A DNA stretch of 64,000 bases from a virus. Within the stretch, counting starts at the first letter, position 1; each line of letters starts with the position of its first letter. The stretch covers positions 68,192 through 132,191 of IMG/VR virus record IMGVR_UViG_3300050821_006345; one strand, written 5' to 3'. Below the pieces are notes generated by a model, which did not search any database, was not told where the DNA came from, and saw only the letters and a program-made list of their open reading frames with translations. Positions 1 through 9,020 of this stretch are shown piece after piece. Both the position numbers and the translations under genes were made by a program.

Positions 1-1496
1 TTAAAATAGACGGCGGGCAGTCCGAGATAGCCGAACACACCATTGATGGTAATGCGCTCCAGCCGGTTAGTGATGGTTAGGACGCGCACACCCGAGCCCG
101 CATAGGCGTAATGATCAACATTGTTATTTGTGGTGGCGGAGACAAAAACATCCTCGACCAGCACGTCATTCATGCCGCCCCATGTGAAGGCTGGAATGCT
201 CGTGTTGGTAACACCGTTGAGATAACCAAGCTGCTCATCCGGCGCGATGGTCACAGTATCATCACCGCCATTTCCGTGCATTCTGGCGATGTGAAGGAAT
301 CCGGTGTTCGGCCCCCAATTATGGCTCAAATCAGTCCCAAAAGAATAGTAAGTGGAATTTTGCCAGATGTCGTGTTGGTAAATGTTTTCTGAGTGTGAAG
401 TCGTTATTGCAAAATTTGGGTTGCCATAAAAATAAATGTCATCGAGTTCGCAGTTTGTAATTGACGAAACAAAAACGCCCGCACCACCCCCGGTATAATT
501 GCCGGCACGATATTGGTTGGTTCCGTTTGCGTTTAGTGCAAAATTGCCGATGCGGATATTGAAGTTTCCGGGAACTTGGTTTGACCAGTTCAGGTTGGCA
601 ATTGCCGGGCAAGGAATGTTATTGTTCGTTCCCAAGTTGGTTGCCACAAAAAAACCAGAGCCCATCCCAACTCCAAGGAAGGCCACGTTGTTTGGAACAA
701 AGATTGTTTTGTCAATCAACTCTGAATTGGAAATGGTCGTGTCATTCCAAAATGTGCCGCCGCCCGCCGCAGACAAGACCAGCAGGTTTGAATTGATGGC
801 GGTGGACGCGCCGGTGCCGCCGCCGGTGTAAAAATTGCAGTTCTGCGGCACTCCGCATTGCGAGGCAATCATCCCACGGCCAGAATACCAAGCGTTCGTC
901 ACCGCGCCGGCGGCGGCGATGGCGGACACCGTGTTGGTGAATCCGGGCGTGTTGACCTGTGAAACATCAAACTTTCCAGACACGTTGTTGGACGTGACCG
1001 TGACCGAGGTTGGCAGCGCGCCAGCCGTCACGCCGGTCGCTGGAACGACATCCGCATTAGTCGCGTGCGTGGCCTGCGCCACCGCCGTGCTGACCTGACT
1101 GCCGAGAATCGTGCCGGATAGATTCGCGGCGGATGTAGCCAACGGCACCGTGCCAGTCACCAGCGAACCCGCCACAGGAGCGGTATTGGTCGTCGCGGCG
1201 GATAGATTTCCAGAACCAACTCCAGCAGCAGGCACGGATACAGCGGTCGCCGCGCTTCCGGTCGTGCTGTTCGTCAGCGTGCCGATGAGGTTAGTGCCGT
1301 TTAACGGCGACCCGTTCGTGAGCGTTCCACCAATCGGAAGGCCGTTTGTGCCAACCACGGAAGCAACGTTGGTGATGGTCTGGCCACCGGCGTCCAGCGG
1401 GGTCTGAAGCAGTCCGTTGGCGATGGGAAATTTCGCAGCGGACGCCGAAAGTGCAAATGACGCCAAAAACATGGCGACTGTAAGTCTTAATCGCAT
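1..1496 (-). CDS. Tail spike/depolymerase-like beta-helix protein with N-terminal signal peptide (partial, runs off window)
   Basis: Manual translation from ATG at 1496 is open to the window edge: MRLRLTVAMFLASFALSASAAKFP..., then a T/N/G-rich linker and a pectin-lyase-like region (GGDDTVTI). It is absent from the ORF track because it has no stop in the window. Confidence 0.65.
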   Translation of the reverse strand, partial: MRLRLTVAMFLASFALSASAAKFPIANGLLQTPLDAGGQTITNVASVVGTNGLPIGGTLTNGSPLNGTNLIGTLTNSTTGSAATAVSVPAAGVGSGNLSAATTNTAPVAGSLVTGTVPLATSAANLSGTILGSQVSTAVAQATHATNADVVPATGVTAGALPTSVTVTSNNVSGKFDVSQVNTPGFTNTVSAIAAAGAVTNAWYSGRGMIASQCGVPQNCNFYTGGGTGASTAINSNLLVLSAAGGGTFWNDTTISNSELIDKTIFVPNNVAFLGVGMGSGFFVATNLGTNNNIPCPAIANLNWSNQVPGNFNIRIGNFALNANGTNQYRAGNYTGGGAGVFVSSITNCELDDIYFYGNPNFAITTSHSENIYQHDIWQNSTYYSFGTDLSHNWGPNTGFLHIARMHGNGGDDTVTIAPDEQLGYLNGVTNTSIPAFTWGGMNDVLVEDVFVSATTNNNVDHYAYAGSGVRVLTITNRLERITINGVFGYLGLPAVYF

Positions 1497-1545
1497 TCCG
1501 CCAATATAATGTCTCAAAATCATTTCACAACTCCGACTTTACCGC

Positions 1546-2082
1546 TTACGGTGCGGCCATCCAGTTCAGGACATAAAGACCTGAATCCGTTAATCCGTTC
1601 ATGGTGAACGTCCAGCCGTCACTGGTCGGTGAACCGGAAAGCGTGGCATATAAAACCAGTCCGTTCGCTGGCGACTGAACAGTCATTAAAACCTTGGTGG
1701 GAGTGAACGGCAGTGCCAGACCGGTCAGGGATGCGCCCTGCGAACTGTTGGGTATGGAATATGCTCCTGTTGCTGAATTGATGTAGACGACTGATCCTGT
1801 CAAAAGCTGATCTACAGAGTATGTTCCAGTAGACGGAACCGAGATGTTGATGGTTGATGGACTGGATGAATTATTGTAGCCAAATGAAATTGTGTAAAGG
1901 CCAGGCTCAAGCGTCATCGACCAGTATCCGGTGGACGGATTGGTTTTGACCCTGGCCGTGAATGAGGCAATCAGAATCCCGCCAGCCATCGCGGTCGGTC
2001 CGGATGAGGAGATGGCCACCACCTCCGCATAAAGCGGGTCGGCGTCCACATCAAGGAGCGTTCCATATACTGTCACTGCCAT
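1546..2082 (-). CDS. Tail-associated structural protein (Ig/prealbumin-like N-terminus plus C-terminal lectin-like module)
   Basis: TNPSTGYWSMTLEPGLYTISF beta-sandwich motif; C-terminal ~70 aa shared with 5139..6071; lies in the tail module. Confidence 0.55.
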   Translation of the reverse strand: MAVTVYGTLLDVDADPLYAEVVAISSSGPTAMAGGILIASFTARVKTNPSTGYWSMTLEPGLYTISFGYNNSSSPSTINISVPSTGTYSVDQLLTGSVVYINSATGAYSIPNSSQGASLTGLALPFTPTKVLMTVQSPANGLVLYATLSGSPTSDGWTFTMNGLTDSGLYVLNWMAAP

Positions 2083-2648
2083 AAAATCGCGTTTGTAATC
2101 GTGCCGCCGTTAATTATGAATGTGTCGTTCGTTGAAATCGGCTCGCAAAAATTATTCGTAACCGGAATCCAGTATCCGACTCCTGAATTGGTGTGGAAAA
2201 GGGTGCCGCCCGTTGCATATCCCCTCCAAAACCCCTTGCGCCCAAGATTTGTGTAAAGCACCCCGACAGAATATTGATTTGTCGGGTTTGATGTTGTTGT
2301 GAAAGATGGATTGTTTGTGGCTGGCTGATAGCCAAGATTGACGCCTACCGTCGGGGTAACTGTTCCATCAGAGTTTGTCACCATTGAATTGGTCAATGGA
2401 GCGACGGATACAAACCCCTTTAGCACTGGAGTGTTGGTTGAAACCGCCCCTGAAAAAGTGCCGCTGAATGTTCCGGAGAGGTTTGCATTGGTGTCGTTGT
2501 TGGCAATCAGTCCGGTATTGGCCTTAAGCTGAGCAATATTGGTGGAGTTCACTACGTTGGTTCCGGCCCAATCCTGAATGTTCCAGTTTGCGGCAAACAG
2601 GCTGAATGCCAAAAAACAAAGCGCGAAAGATAGGGCAATTATTTTCAT
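2073..2648 (-). CDS. Signal-peptide-bearing TN-rich protein in the tail module
   Basis: MKIIALSFALCFLAFSLFAA leader; overlaps or abuts both neighbouring genes. Confidence 0.55.
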   Translation of the reverse strand: MKIIALSFALCFLAFSLFAANWNIQDWAGTNVVNSTNIAQLKANTGLIANNDTNANLSGTFSGTFSGAVSTNTPVLKGFVSVAPLTNSMVTNSDGTVTPTVGVNLGYQPATNNPSFTTTSNPTNQYSVGVLYTNLGRKGFWRGYATGGTLFHTNSGVGYWIPVTNNFCEPISTNDTFIINGGTITNAILWQ

Positions 2649-3640
2649 TATGACCAGCCTCCGGTTGATGGAACTGAATATGTTCCGGTTGTTTTAATCA
2701 TGGTTTTTATGTAAACGCCGCCTGTAATCATAACGTATTGGTCGCCAGCCTTGCCTGAAAGCAATGCCGAATTCGGGTCTGCTGATCCAGTGTATGTGGT
2801 CGGCAGCTGCGTTAACGCCTGAAGTGCCGCGATGTTGGCCGTGATGGTCGCCAGACTGATGCCGGTCGGATACCTTGCGTCACCAGCCGCCACCGTCAGG
2901 TAGGTCGGCGTGAAAACCGATGCTGGCGCGGGCATGGCAATGCCGGTGTCGATGATGGATGACTGGCCGTATCCGACCTGCTGCTCGGTCGAGTAATTCT
3001 CGTAAATCGTGGCCGTGATTGCGCTTGTGCCAGATCCGTTAAGCGTCGCCGTGGTTGCCGTGGCGGTGAACTGGCCGGAGGTGGTGAGCGTGGTCGAGCC
3101 ACAGACAATGGATGTGTCGTTTGCTCCTTTTGTCCAATAGTAGGATGCTCCGACGACCAGGCCGGCTGCGGTCGCTGCGCCGGCCACATAGCTGCCCGCT
3201 GGCGCATAGTTGGTGTCGCCGATGAAATTGCTGGTCGCAACCAAAGAAGCCCAAAGATACGCCTGCGATCCGGAGACGTAGATGTTCGTGGCCGCTCCTG
3301 TGAAAACCACAATGCAGTGCTGGTCAGTTCCAGCGCTCCAGTTGTTTATGGTCAATCCAGTGTTCCATGCCACACCACCCTCTGGAAGATAGGAGGCCGT
3401 GCCAGCCACGGCCTGCGTCAGAATCGGGCCATTCTGACCGTTGATGTCCATGAAGTTAACCGTCATGGTCGCCCAGCTGGTGATGTCAATCAAAGCCCCA
3501 TTCAGAAAGAATCCAAGCTCGAACTGGATGTCCGCGCCGCGAACCAGCGATGGAATGCCTCCAGTGATCTGGTCAACCAGTGTTCCCTGCTGGGCAAGAT
3601 CAACGGCGATTCTTATTCTTTGGCGTTTCTGGCTGCTCAT
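2648..3640 (-). CDS. Baseplate/tail fibre anchor protein (BppU-like N-terminus)
   Basis: RGADIQFELGFFLNGALIDITSWATMTV pattern, T/G/A-rich body, position in the tail module. Confidence 0.5.
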   Translation of the reverse strand: MSSQKRQRIRIAVDLAQQGTLVDQITGGIPSLVRGADIQFELGFFLNGALIDITSWATMTVNFMDINGQNGPILTQAVAGTASYLPEGGVAWNTGLTINNWSAGTDQHCIVVFTGAATNIYVSGSQAYLWASLVATSNFIGDTNYAPAGSYVAGAATAAGLVVGASYYWTKGANDTSIVCGSTTLTTSGQFTATATTATLNGSGTSAITATIYENYSTEQQVGYGQSSIIDTGIAMPAPASVFTPTYLTVAAGDARYPTGISLATITANIAALQALTQLPTTYTGSADPNSALLSGKAGDQYVMITGGVYIKTMIKTTGTYSVPSTGGWS

Positions 3641-4068
3641 GGTGCGATATTAACGCTTGAAATTAACCCACCGCTGATGGAATACGAGTGGGAAGTTGTC
3701 CGTCCAGTGTGCTTGGACTCGGTGGTCTTCACCACAGCGTTCGTTAAATAGTAATTTGTGCCGCCAACCGTCTGGAAAACTACGGTGCCTCCTCCCGGAA
3801 TTGTTGATGCGTGAAGCAGGATATATGATTCGGCCAGTTGAACCGTTGAAAAATATCTCGTAACACTGAACGAAACCGAGGTCTGCATATTTCCACGGTC
3901 GCTATCCCTTGCCGCCATCGCCCTTAACGCCTGCCGAACCTGTGTATTGCGTTCGGTGTGGATGGCCAGGCCATTGGGCGAACTTATGCCGCCGGGCGCG
4001 AGAATGAATGTGGCCGGATTAGGAAGGGGTGTGCCAGCTGAAACTACTGCGTTGATGGTGACAATCAT
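3637..4068 (-). CDS. Putative distal tail/baseplate protein
   Basis: Beta-rich 143-aa ORF directly after the tail tube gene; assignment is by position only. Confidence 0.4.
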   Translation of the reverse strand: MIVTINAVVSAGTPLPNPATFILAPGGISSPNGLAIHTERNTQVRQALRAMAARDSDRGNMQTSVSFSVTRYFSTVQLAESYILLHASTIPGGGTVVFQTVGGTNYYLTNAVVKTTESKHTGRTTSHSYSISGGLISSVNIAP

Positions 4069-4083
4069 GTCTCATCGCCGTCA

Positions 4084-5085
4084 TTAGTTCACGGTGATCG
4101 CGTAAGCCGGTTGCAGCACGTTGGACGTCAGATAACGCAGCGTGGTGAACTGAATCTGTGGAACGCGGTTTGCAATCAGGCCGTAGTCATATCCAATCTG
4201 GAGTATGGATGAGTTGCCAAGGGTTACGTTGGCCGAGCCGGACGGAGTTCCATTGGACGGAACGATTGAAAGCAAATTGCCAGACAGCAGGCTCTGGCCG
4301 CGATCGGCTCCGGTGTTCTGCATGTTCAGAATCGCAGTCAAAGTGGTTTCGGAAACAGTCAGAGGCGAGCAGGTCGCGGTCGCGACGTTATCGCCGACCG
4401 TGAAGTCCACGATACCGTATTCGTCGGCCTCGACCGGCGTGGTTGACACGTTAAAGTTCACCGAAAATCCGTCCTTGGTATCATAAACCGCAAGGCTCGG
4501 AGATCCGGTCAGCGTCCAAGTCGGGACAGAATAAGAGGCGGTCGCTCCCCAGCCGCCAACGTAAGGCGTGGTTCGGATGGATGAAGGACTGAAGGCGTAG
4601 GAGCCGAACGAAGCTGTGGCCTCGGTATAAAGACTGTTGTTGGTCGACCACAGAACGCCTTCCTTGCCAATCGCCGTGAATGTGATTGGCCCGACAATGG
4701 TCTTCACTGCGGAAAGCATCATTGATGGCTGCTTGGTCACCACTGCACCGTAGAACGTGTATTGATAGCCCGTCTTTGGGATGATCTGGATTTGCGGGTT
4801 TCCTGCGCCAATCAGCGAGTCTCCTGGATTCTTGCTGCCGTGCGGCCAGAGGACTCCGGCCATCGCCGTTGTAAGCTCGCCGGTTGGAGTCCATGTGATT
4901 TCAACTGAACGCTGGTTGGTTCTCTTGTCCACGACGCCATAAAGCGAGGTGGCGATGTCGAACGTCTGGTTGGCAAGACGAACCTGAATGTCGCCCTGCG
5001 AGTAAAGTGTGGTTGGCGAGCCAACAGCCGGAGTGTAGATAATTACGGCTGGCCCACGGATGATAGATGCGCGTGTCAATGACAT
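4084..5085 (-). CDS. Major tail tube protein
   Basis: 333 aa, S/T-rich and beta-rich, with two similar halves; follows the tail-terminator-like gene. Confidence 0.65.
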   Translation of the reverse strand: MSLTRASIIRGPAVIIYTPAVGSPTTLYSQGDIQVRLANQTFDIATSLYGVVDKRTNQRSVEITWTPTGELTTAMAGVLWPHGSKNPGDSLIGAGNPQIQIIPKTGYQYTFYGAVVTKQPSMMLSAVKTIVGPITFTAIGKEGVLWSTNNSLYTEATASFGSYAFSPSSIRTTPYVGGWGATASYSVPTWTLTGSPSLAVYDTKDGFSVNFNVSTTPVEADEYGIVDFTVGDNVATATCSPLTVSETTLTAILNMQNTGADRGQSLLSGNLLSIVPSNGTPSGSANVTLGNSSILQIGYDYGLIANRVPQIQFTTLRYLTSNVLQPAYAITVN

Positions 5086-5138
5086 GAAATTAAAATAAGC
5101 CGATTATCCGGTCTCGCAAACGAAAGATTACCGCGAGG

Positions 5139-6071
5139 TTATGGTGCAGTTGCCTTGGCCTCTTTGCTCGTTAATTGTCCAGCCAGCCATGCCGATGTCC
5201 TGATTTTAGTCCCGCTTGAAACAGTGGACATCGATGATGGCGAAAAGGCCGTCCAGTTCAGGACATAACTTGTATCGTCGGTAAAGCCGTTAAGATTGAA
5301 TCCCCACCCGTTACTGGTGATTGACCCGAATTCAGAAGCATCTAGAATCAAGTCTCCGGTCAATGTGGAAACGGTCATCACAGCGGCAGAGGGAGTGAAT
5401 GGAAGTGCAAGACCAGTTAGCGTCCCGGTGTTCACCCCGTTCGGAATTGAGTATGTGCCGGAAATCTGGTAGCCAAGCCAGACGGAGGCAGAGGGATTGC
5501 CCGGAGACGGAGTTGACCCGTCGGTGGTGTAAAAAATGGCAGCACCTGGAGTGGAGCAGGAAAGCGCAAAAGTATCGCCGCTGAAGGCAATGACCGGAGT
5601 GGCCACTTGGTTGATCGTGTAGTCAAAGCCTCCGGCGGTCTTGAATCGGACATCGTAGCAGAGGAGCTTGCCAACTGTGCCTCCGGGCGCGATTGTGATG
5701 CTGGGAGTATCCAATACCACCACCTCACTTATTCCAAGAGGTTCAAACTGGTGCAGCGTTACGGCGACCATCTCGGCAACTTCAGAGGCTTGCTTTCCGG
5801 TTCCAGATGTTGACCGATTAAGAATGACGTTCTCTACTGTGCGGCAAATTATTTTGATGTCATTAAAATACGGCTTTAGATAATTCGGGAAAGCTGCGTT
5901 GGCTGTTGGAGTAATCACAATGACGCAAATGCCTAATTTCGCCAAGGCCGTCTGGATCGCATTTTCAATATCTCCAGTCTGCTCCGTGATTATGGTCACG
6001 TTGCTGAAGTAGGGTGTCGCGGCCAGTTGGTCGGCGCATCCCTGCTGGATTCCTTTTAAGATGCTGCTCAT
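5139..6071 (-). CDS. Tail terminator/completion-like protein fused to an Fn3-associated (chitobiase C-terminal-like) domain
   Basis: N-terminal ~150 aa resembles a tail terminator; VATPVI...LSCSTPGAAIFYTTDGSTP is the CHB_HEX_C/Fn3_assoc signature. Confidence 0.6.
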   Translation of the reverse strand: MSSILKGIQQGCADQLAATPYFSNVTIITEQTGDIENAIQTALAKLGICVIVITPTANAAFPNYLKPYFNDIKIICRTVENVILNRSTSGTGKQASEVAEMVAVTLHQFEPLGISEVVVLDTPSITIAPGGTVGKLLCYDVRFKTAGGFDYTINQVATPVIAFSGDTFALSCSTPGAAIFYTTDGSTPSPGNPSASVWLGYQISGTYSIPNGVNTGTLTGLALPFTPSAAVMTVSTLTGDLILDASEFGSITSNGWGFNLNGFTDDTSYVLNWTAFSPSSMSTVSSGTKIRTSAWLAGQLTSKEAKATAP

Positions 6072-6126
6072 TGCCTTAATGTAAATGGCTTTTGTTTAAA
6101 AGCAATTGCATCGTTGCCGCTCCAGT

Positions 6127-6903
6127 TTATCTTGTATCCTTTTTCCATATTGTGAATCCACCATAGAGGCTGAAAATTTTGTAATTAAAACAGATGGCCT
6201 GTTGCATTGGATCGCTCAAGTCGAATGATGCAACCGGGCGGATATGATCCAAATTCCATTTTCCGTGTCCGTTTCCTCGGTTTGCCCAAGTCATTCCATC
6301 TTTGAATTTACTTTCAATTCTCGCCTTAAAATCGTCCAGCGAACAGCCAAGAAGCTCGCGGGCTTTCTTGCTCTTGCCTTTCCCTTTAATGAAATCCGCA
6401 ATCCTTCCGCGCAAAGAAATTGCAATTCTTAATTTAATGGCACCCGGAGTCATAGACTTCCGATATTTTCTTGCCCTCTCGCGCTCTTTAATTCTTGCCT
6501 CCGGCTTAAGCCGAAATTTTCTAGCTCTTGCTAAAATATTTTCCCTATCTCTCTTGTATCTCTCGCGATTGCGCGCTTGTATTTTTGCTTTTTGCAGTTC
6601 AGTTGGTGGCTTTACAGGTTTTCGATAAATCACGCCACCCTCATATTCCATTAAAGTGATTGCATTGGTGCAGTTTTCAAAATCGTCGGCGGCGTGTTCT
6701 GCGGCATACTGGATGCGTCGTTTAGCTAGAATATCTTCACCTTTTTCCTCCCAGTATTTCGGCGCATATTCCGCCAGATACGCCTTCATATACGCGGAGT
6801 TCTTCTCCTTGTTTTTGCCGCGCCATTTCTGTTGCTGTGCCGCTCTTTTAGCCCTCACCGCCTCCCGCTGTTCCTCTGGATAATCTTCAATTCTCTTTGA
6901 CAT
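6127..6903 (-). pseudogene. HNH/endonuclease VII-like homing endonuclease, frameshifted near the C-terminus
   Basis: LLGCS...KFKDGMTWANRG...WNLDHIRPVASFDL motif; the expected QPLWWIHN continues in another frame at ~6175. Confidence 0.7.
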
Positions 6904-7319
6904 GCCACACATTCTGCCTCACACTAAAACGAACGCAAGTGCCACATTGCCATTAGGTTCTGGTAGCACCTCCACGTCCGCAAACAAGCGGCAGATTGTC
7001 CTTGTGCCGAAATGAGCCTTGCGGTAATCTTCCACTTGCCACGCGATCCAAGATGGATTTTATTACTGGCGTTAGATGCTGATTAAAATCCAGCTTGGCG
7101 GAACATAGCGGTCGAATTTCTAATTTGCCCGTCCGTTTGACCGAAAGGTCATGCTCTCTGCCAAGAGTGATTTTAACCGGACGGGCATTTCTTTTGCCGT
7201 CATTCATCGGCTAATGCACGATGAGCGGCCAACCAAATCCAACATCAAACCTGCCGAACCCACGGCAACGCTCCCGTTGAGCTTGGGAATGTTTGGTGTG
7301 TTTTGCGAAATATAGAATA

Positions 7320-7763
7320 ATGTCGGTAGGATGGCATTCCCCGACCAACTTCGAGACCGAGGACAAACTCGGCCCAATACACAACCCCGCCTTCGGGAAA
7401 CCGGAGTGGCGGCAGTCTGATGCGGTAAAAATCACCGCCCGATACAAGCTGGGTGCGAAGGTCGGAAGCAAGATTGTCATACGCGAAAGAGGACAGACCC
7501 CAATCCTATGAAATGGGGCGGTCAGGCGTAGCCAAAGCAAGAGTCCGCAAGATCGGCACACTAAACATTATCGGCCAGCAATCGCGGTCGCCAGCTAAAC
7601 GAACATCAGACACTCGTGATAAACCATTAAAACGGTGCGAGCAGGCTCTAACGCGGCGGATTGCGGCAGAAACCAGACCTGAAATGTCTCTGGCTAGTGG
7701 CCGCGTGTATTATGGCCGACGTAGGTGTGGTTAGGCAGTTAGACGCTTAACCGTTACCGATGT
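7320..7763 (+). ncRNA. Large structured ncRNA candidate (~445 nt)
   Basis: Terminal helix ATGTCGGTA..GATGG / CCGTT.ACCGATGT, many internal helices, a GAAA tetraloop, crossing long-range pairings, and no credible ORF. Confidence 0.6.
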
Positions 7764-7819
7764 TCTTCAGTTTCTGTTTGAAATGTTAAAGATTTAACGG
7801 CATACTCCGACCAGAATTT

Positions 7820-8248
7820 GTGGCAAAAATCATCAAAATCTACTTTGACGGAGGATGTTCTCCCAATCCCGGCCAAGCCTACGGGTCATTCCACATTTTG
7901 AACGGCGACCAAGAGCTTTTCTACCGCAGTCGAGTTCCTTTCGGTTTCGGAACGAATAACTTTGCCGAATTCACCGCCCTGACGATGGCGTTAAAAACAT
8001 TGGCAGACGACATGGCCGAACATGACGCCGATCCGAAAGAATACAACCTCTTTATTGAATCCGACTCCAGAATTGTCGTCAACCGCCTGACCAAGAAGAA
8101 CAAAATCCACAAGAAACCCAGAATGGTGGAAGCCAGCACCAGAATGTTTAATCTGGCCTGTGGCTGCTTGGATTACATGAAGCGGTTCAAATCGGTTGAA
8201 GTCGTCTGGAAGAAGCGGGATGCCAACGTCGAGCGTTTTGGCCACTAA
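7820..8248 (+). CDS. Ribonuclease HI-like protein
   Basis: IYFDGGCSPNPG, TNNFAEFTAL and ESDSRIVVN catalytic motifs. Confidence 0.9.
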   Translation: MAKIIKIYFDGGCSPNPGQAYGSFHILNGDQELFYRSRVPFGFGTNNFAEFTALTMALKTLADDMAEHDADPKEYNLFIESDSRIVVNRLTKKNKIHKKPRMVEASTRMFNLACGCLDYMKRFKSVEVVWKKRDANVERFGH

Positions 8249-9018
8249 TAAACGTCGGTTGCCCGGATAAACGCCGGATCTTGGTAGATGCTTCCGGTTT
8301 CTTTAGGCAATGTGACGTTGTGCAAATACGCCTTCAGCGAGTTAATCGCGGCCTCCGTCATCGCTTCCTCCGATGGCAGCACGGTCGGGTCGGGTTGTTG
8401 CGTCACCGATTCCACCAGCCAGTAAAACACGGTTCCTTCACTGTGCTGAATTTTACGTCCACGAGGCTCGGTTGGCTCGTATTCGCCCTTGTAAAATTTG
8501 CCTCCTCGTTTACGTCTTCTCGATGCCGATCCGCTTCGCGTCTCCGCAAATTCATGGTTCTGCCAGTGTGCGCCAGTAACGTCGTCTGAATCATCGTCAG
8601 AGGCTTTAAGTCCTACGACGCCGATTTTACCGGATTTCTGTCGGCCAAAAAACGGAACAAGATTTGCGAATTCGGTCGGTGAATGGCCGTAGGCTTCGGG
8701 CGTTGCTGGGATCGAGAGGTAGTGTGCGAAAACGGGTTTAATCTCTCCGCCCAAAAGTCTCTGACGCATTCCGGTCTGATTGATAACGACCGATGCCTCG
8801 TCCTCGCCATACTCCATCGTTATGCCATCCGCCGCCTTCTGGTAAAAATTCGATTTGAAAGCCTCGCCGAATGGATTGGTTCGGTCAAGGTTGAGATTCG
8901 ACAAATACGCGCTTAAGTAAGCATGGACGCCATCGGCTGCCGCTGCGGTTGCTTCAGAGCGGTCGTCGCCTAGAGAAAGAAGCGCGCCTAAATTCGGAAG
9001 GTCGATGGTGTATGGCAT
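8245..9018 (-). CDS. Virion morphogenesis/neck protein (Mu gpG-like)
   Basis: RQRLLGGEIKP...YLSIP and YWLVESVTQQPDPTVLP motifs; lies between adaptor and tail genes. Confidence 0.55.
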   Translation of the reverse strand: MPYTIDLPNLGALLSLGDDRSEATAAAADGVHAYLSAYLSNLNLDRTNPFGEAFKSNFYQKAADGITMEYGEDEASVVINQTGMRQRLLGGEIKPVFAHYLSIPATPEAYGHSPTEFANLVPFFGRQKSGKIGVVGLKASDDDSDDVTGAHWQNHEFAETRSGSASRRRKRGGKFYKGEYEPTEPRGRKIQHSEGTVFYWLVESVTQQPDPTVLPSEEAMTEAAINSLKAYLHNVTLPKETGSIYQDPAFIRATDVY

Positions 9019-9020
9019 GG

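Noticed and set aside
111-1407. Plus-strand ORFs 111..392, 499..831, 835..1098 and 1111..1407
   Set aside because: They are antisense shadows of the long minus-strand spike-like gene starting at 1496.
7320-7763. RNase P RNA or self-splicing intron identity for the large RNA
   Set aside because: Only a weak GCGGTAA resemblance to RNase P; no GAGGAAAGTCC or 3' ACAGAA..CGGC, no group II domain V, no group I P7, and no interrupted gene.
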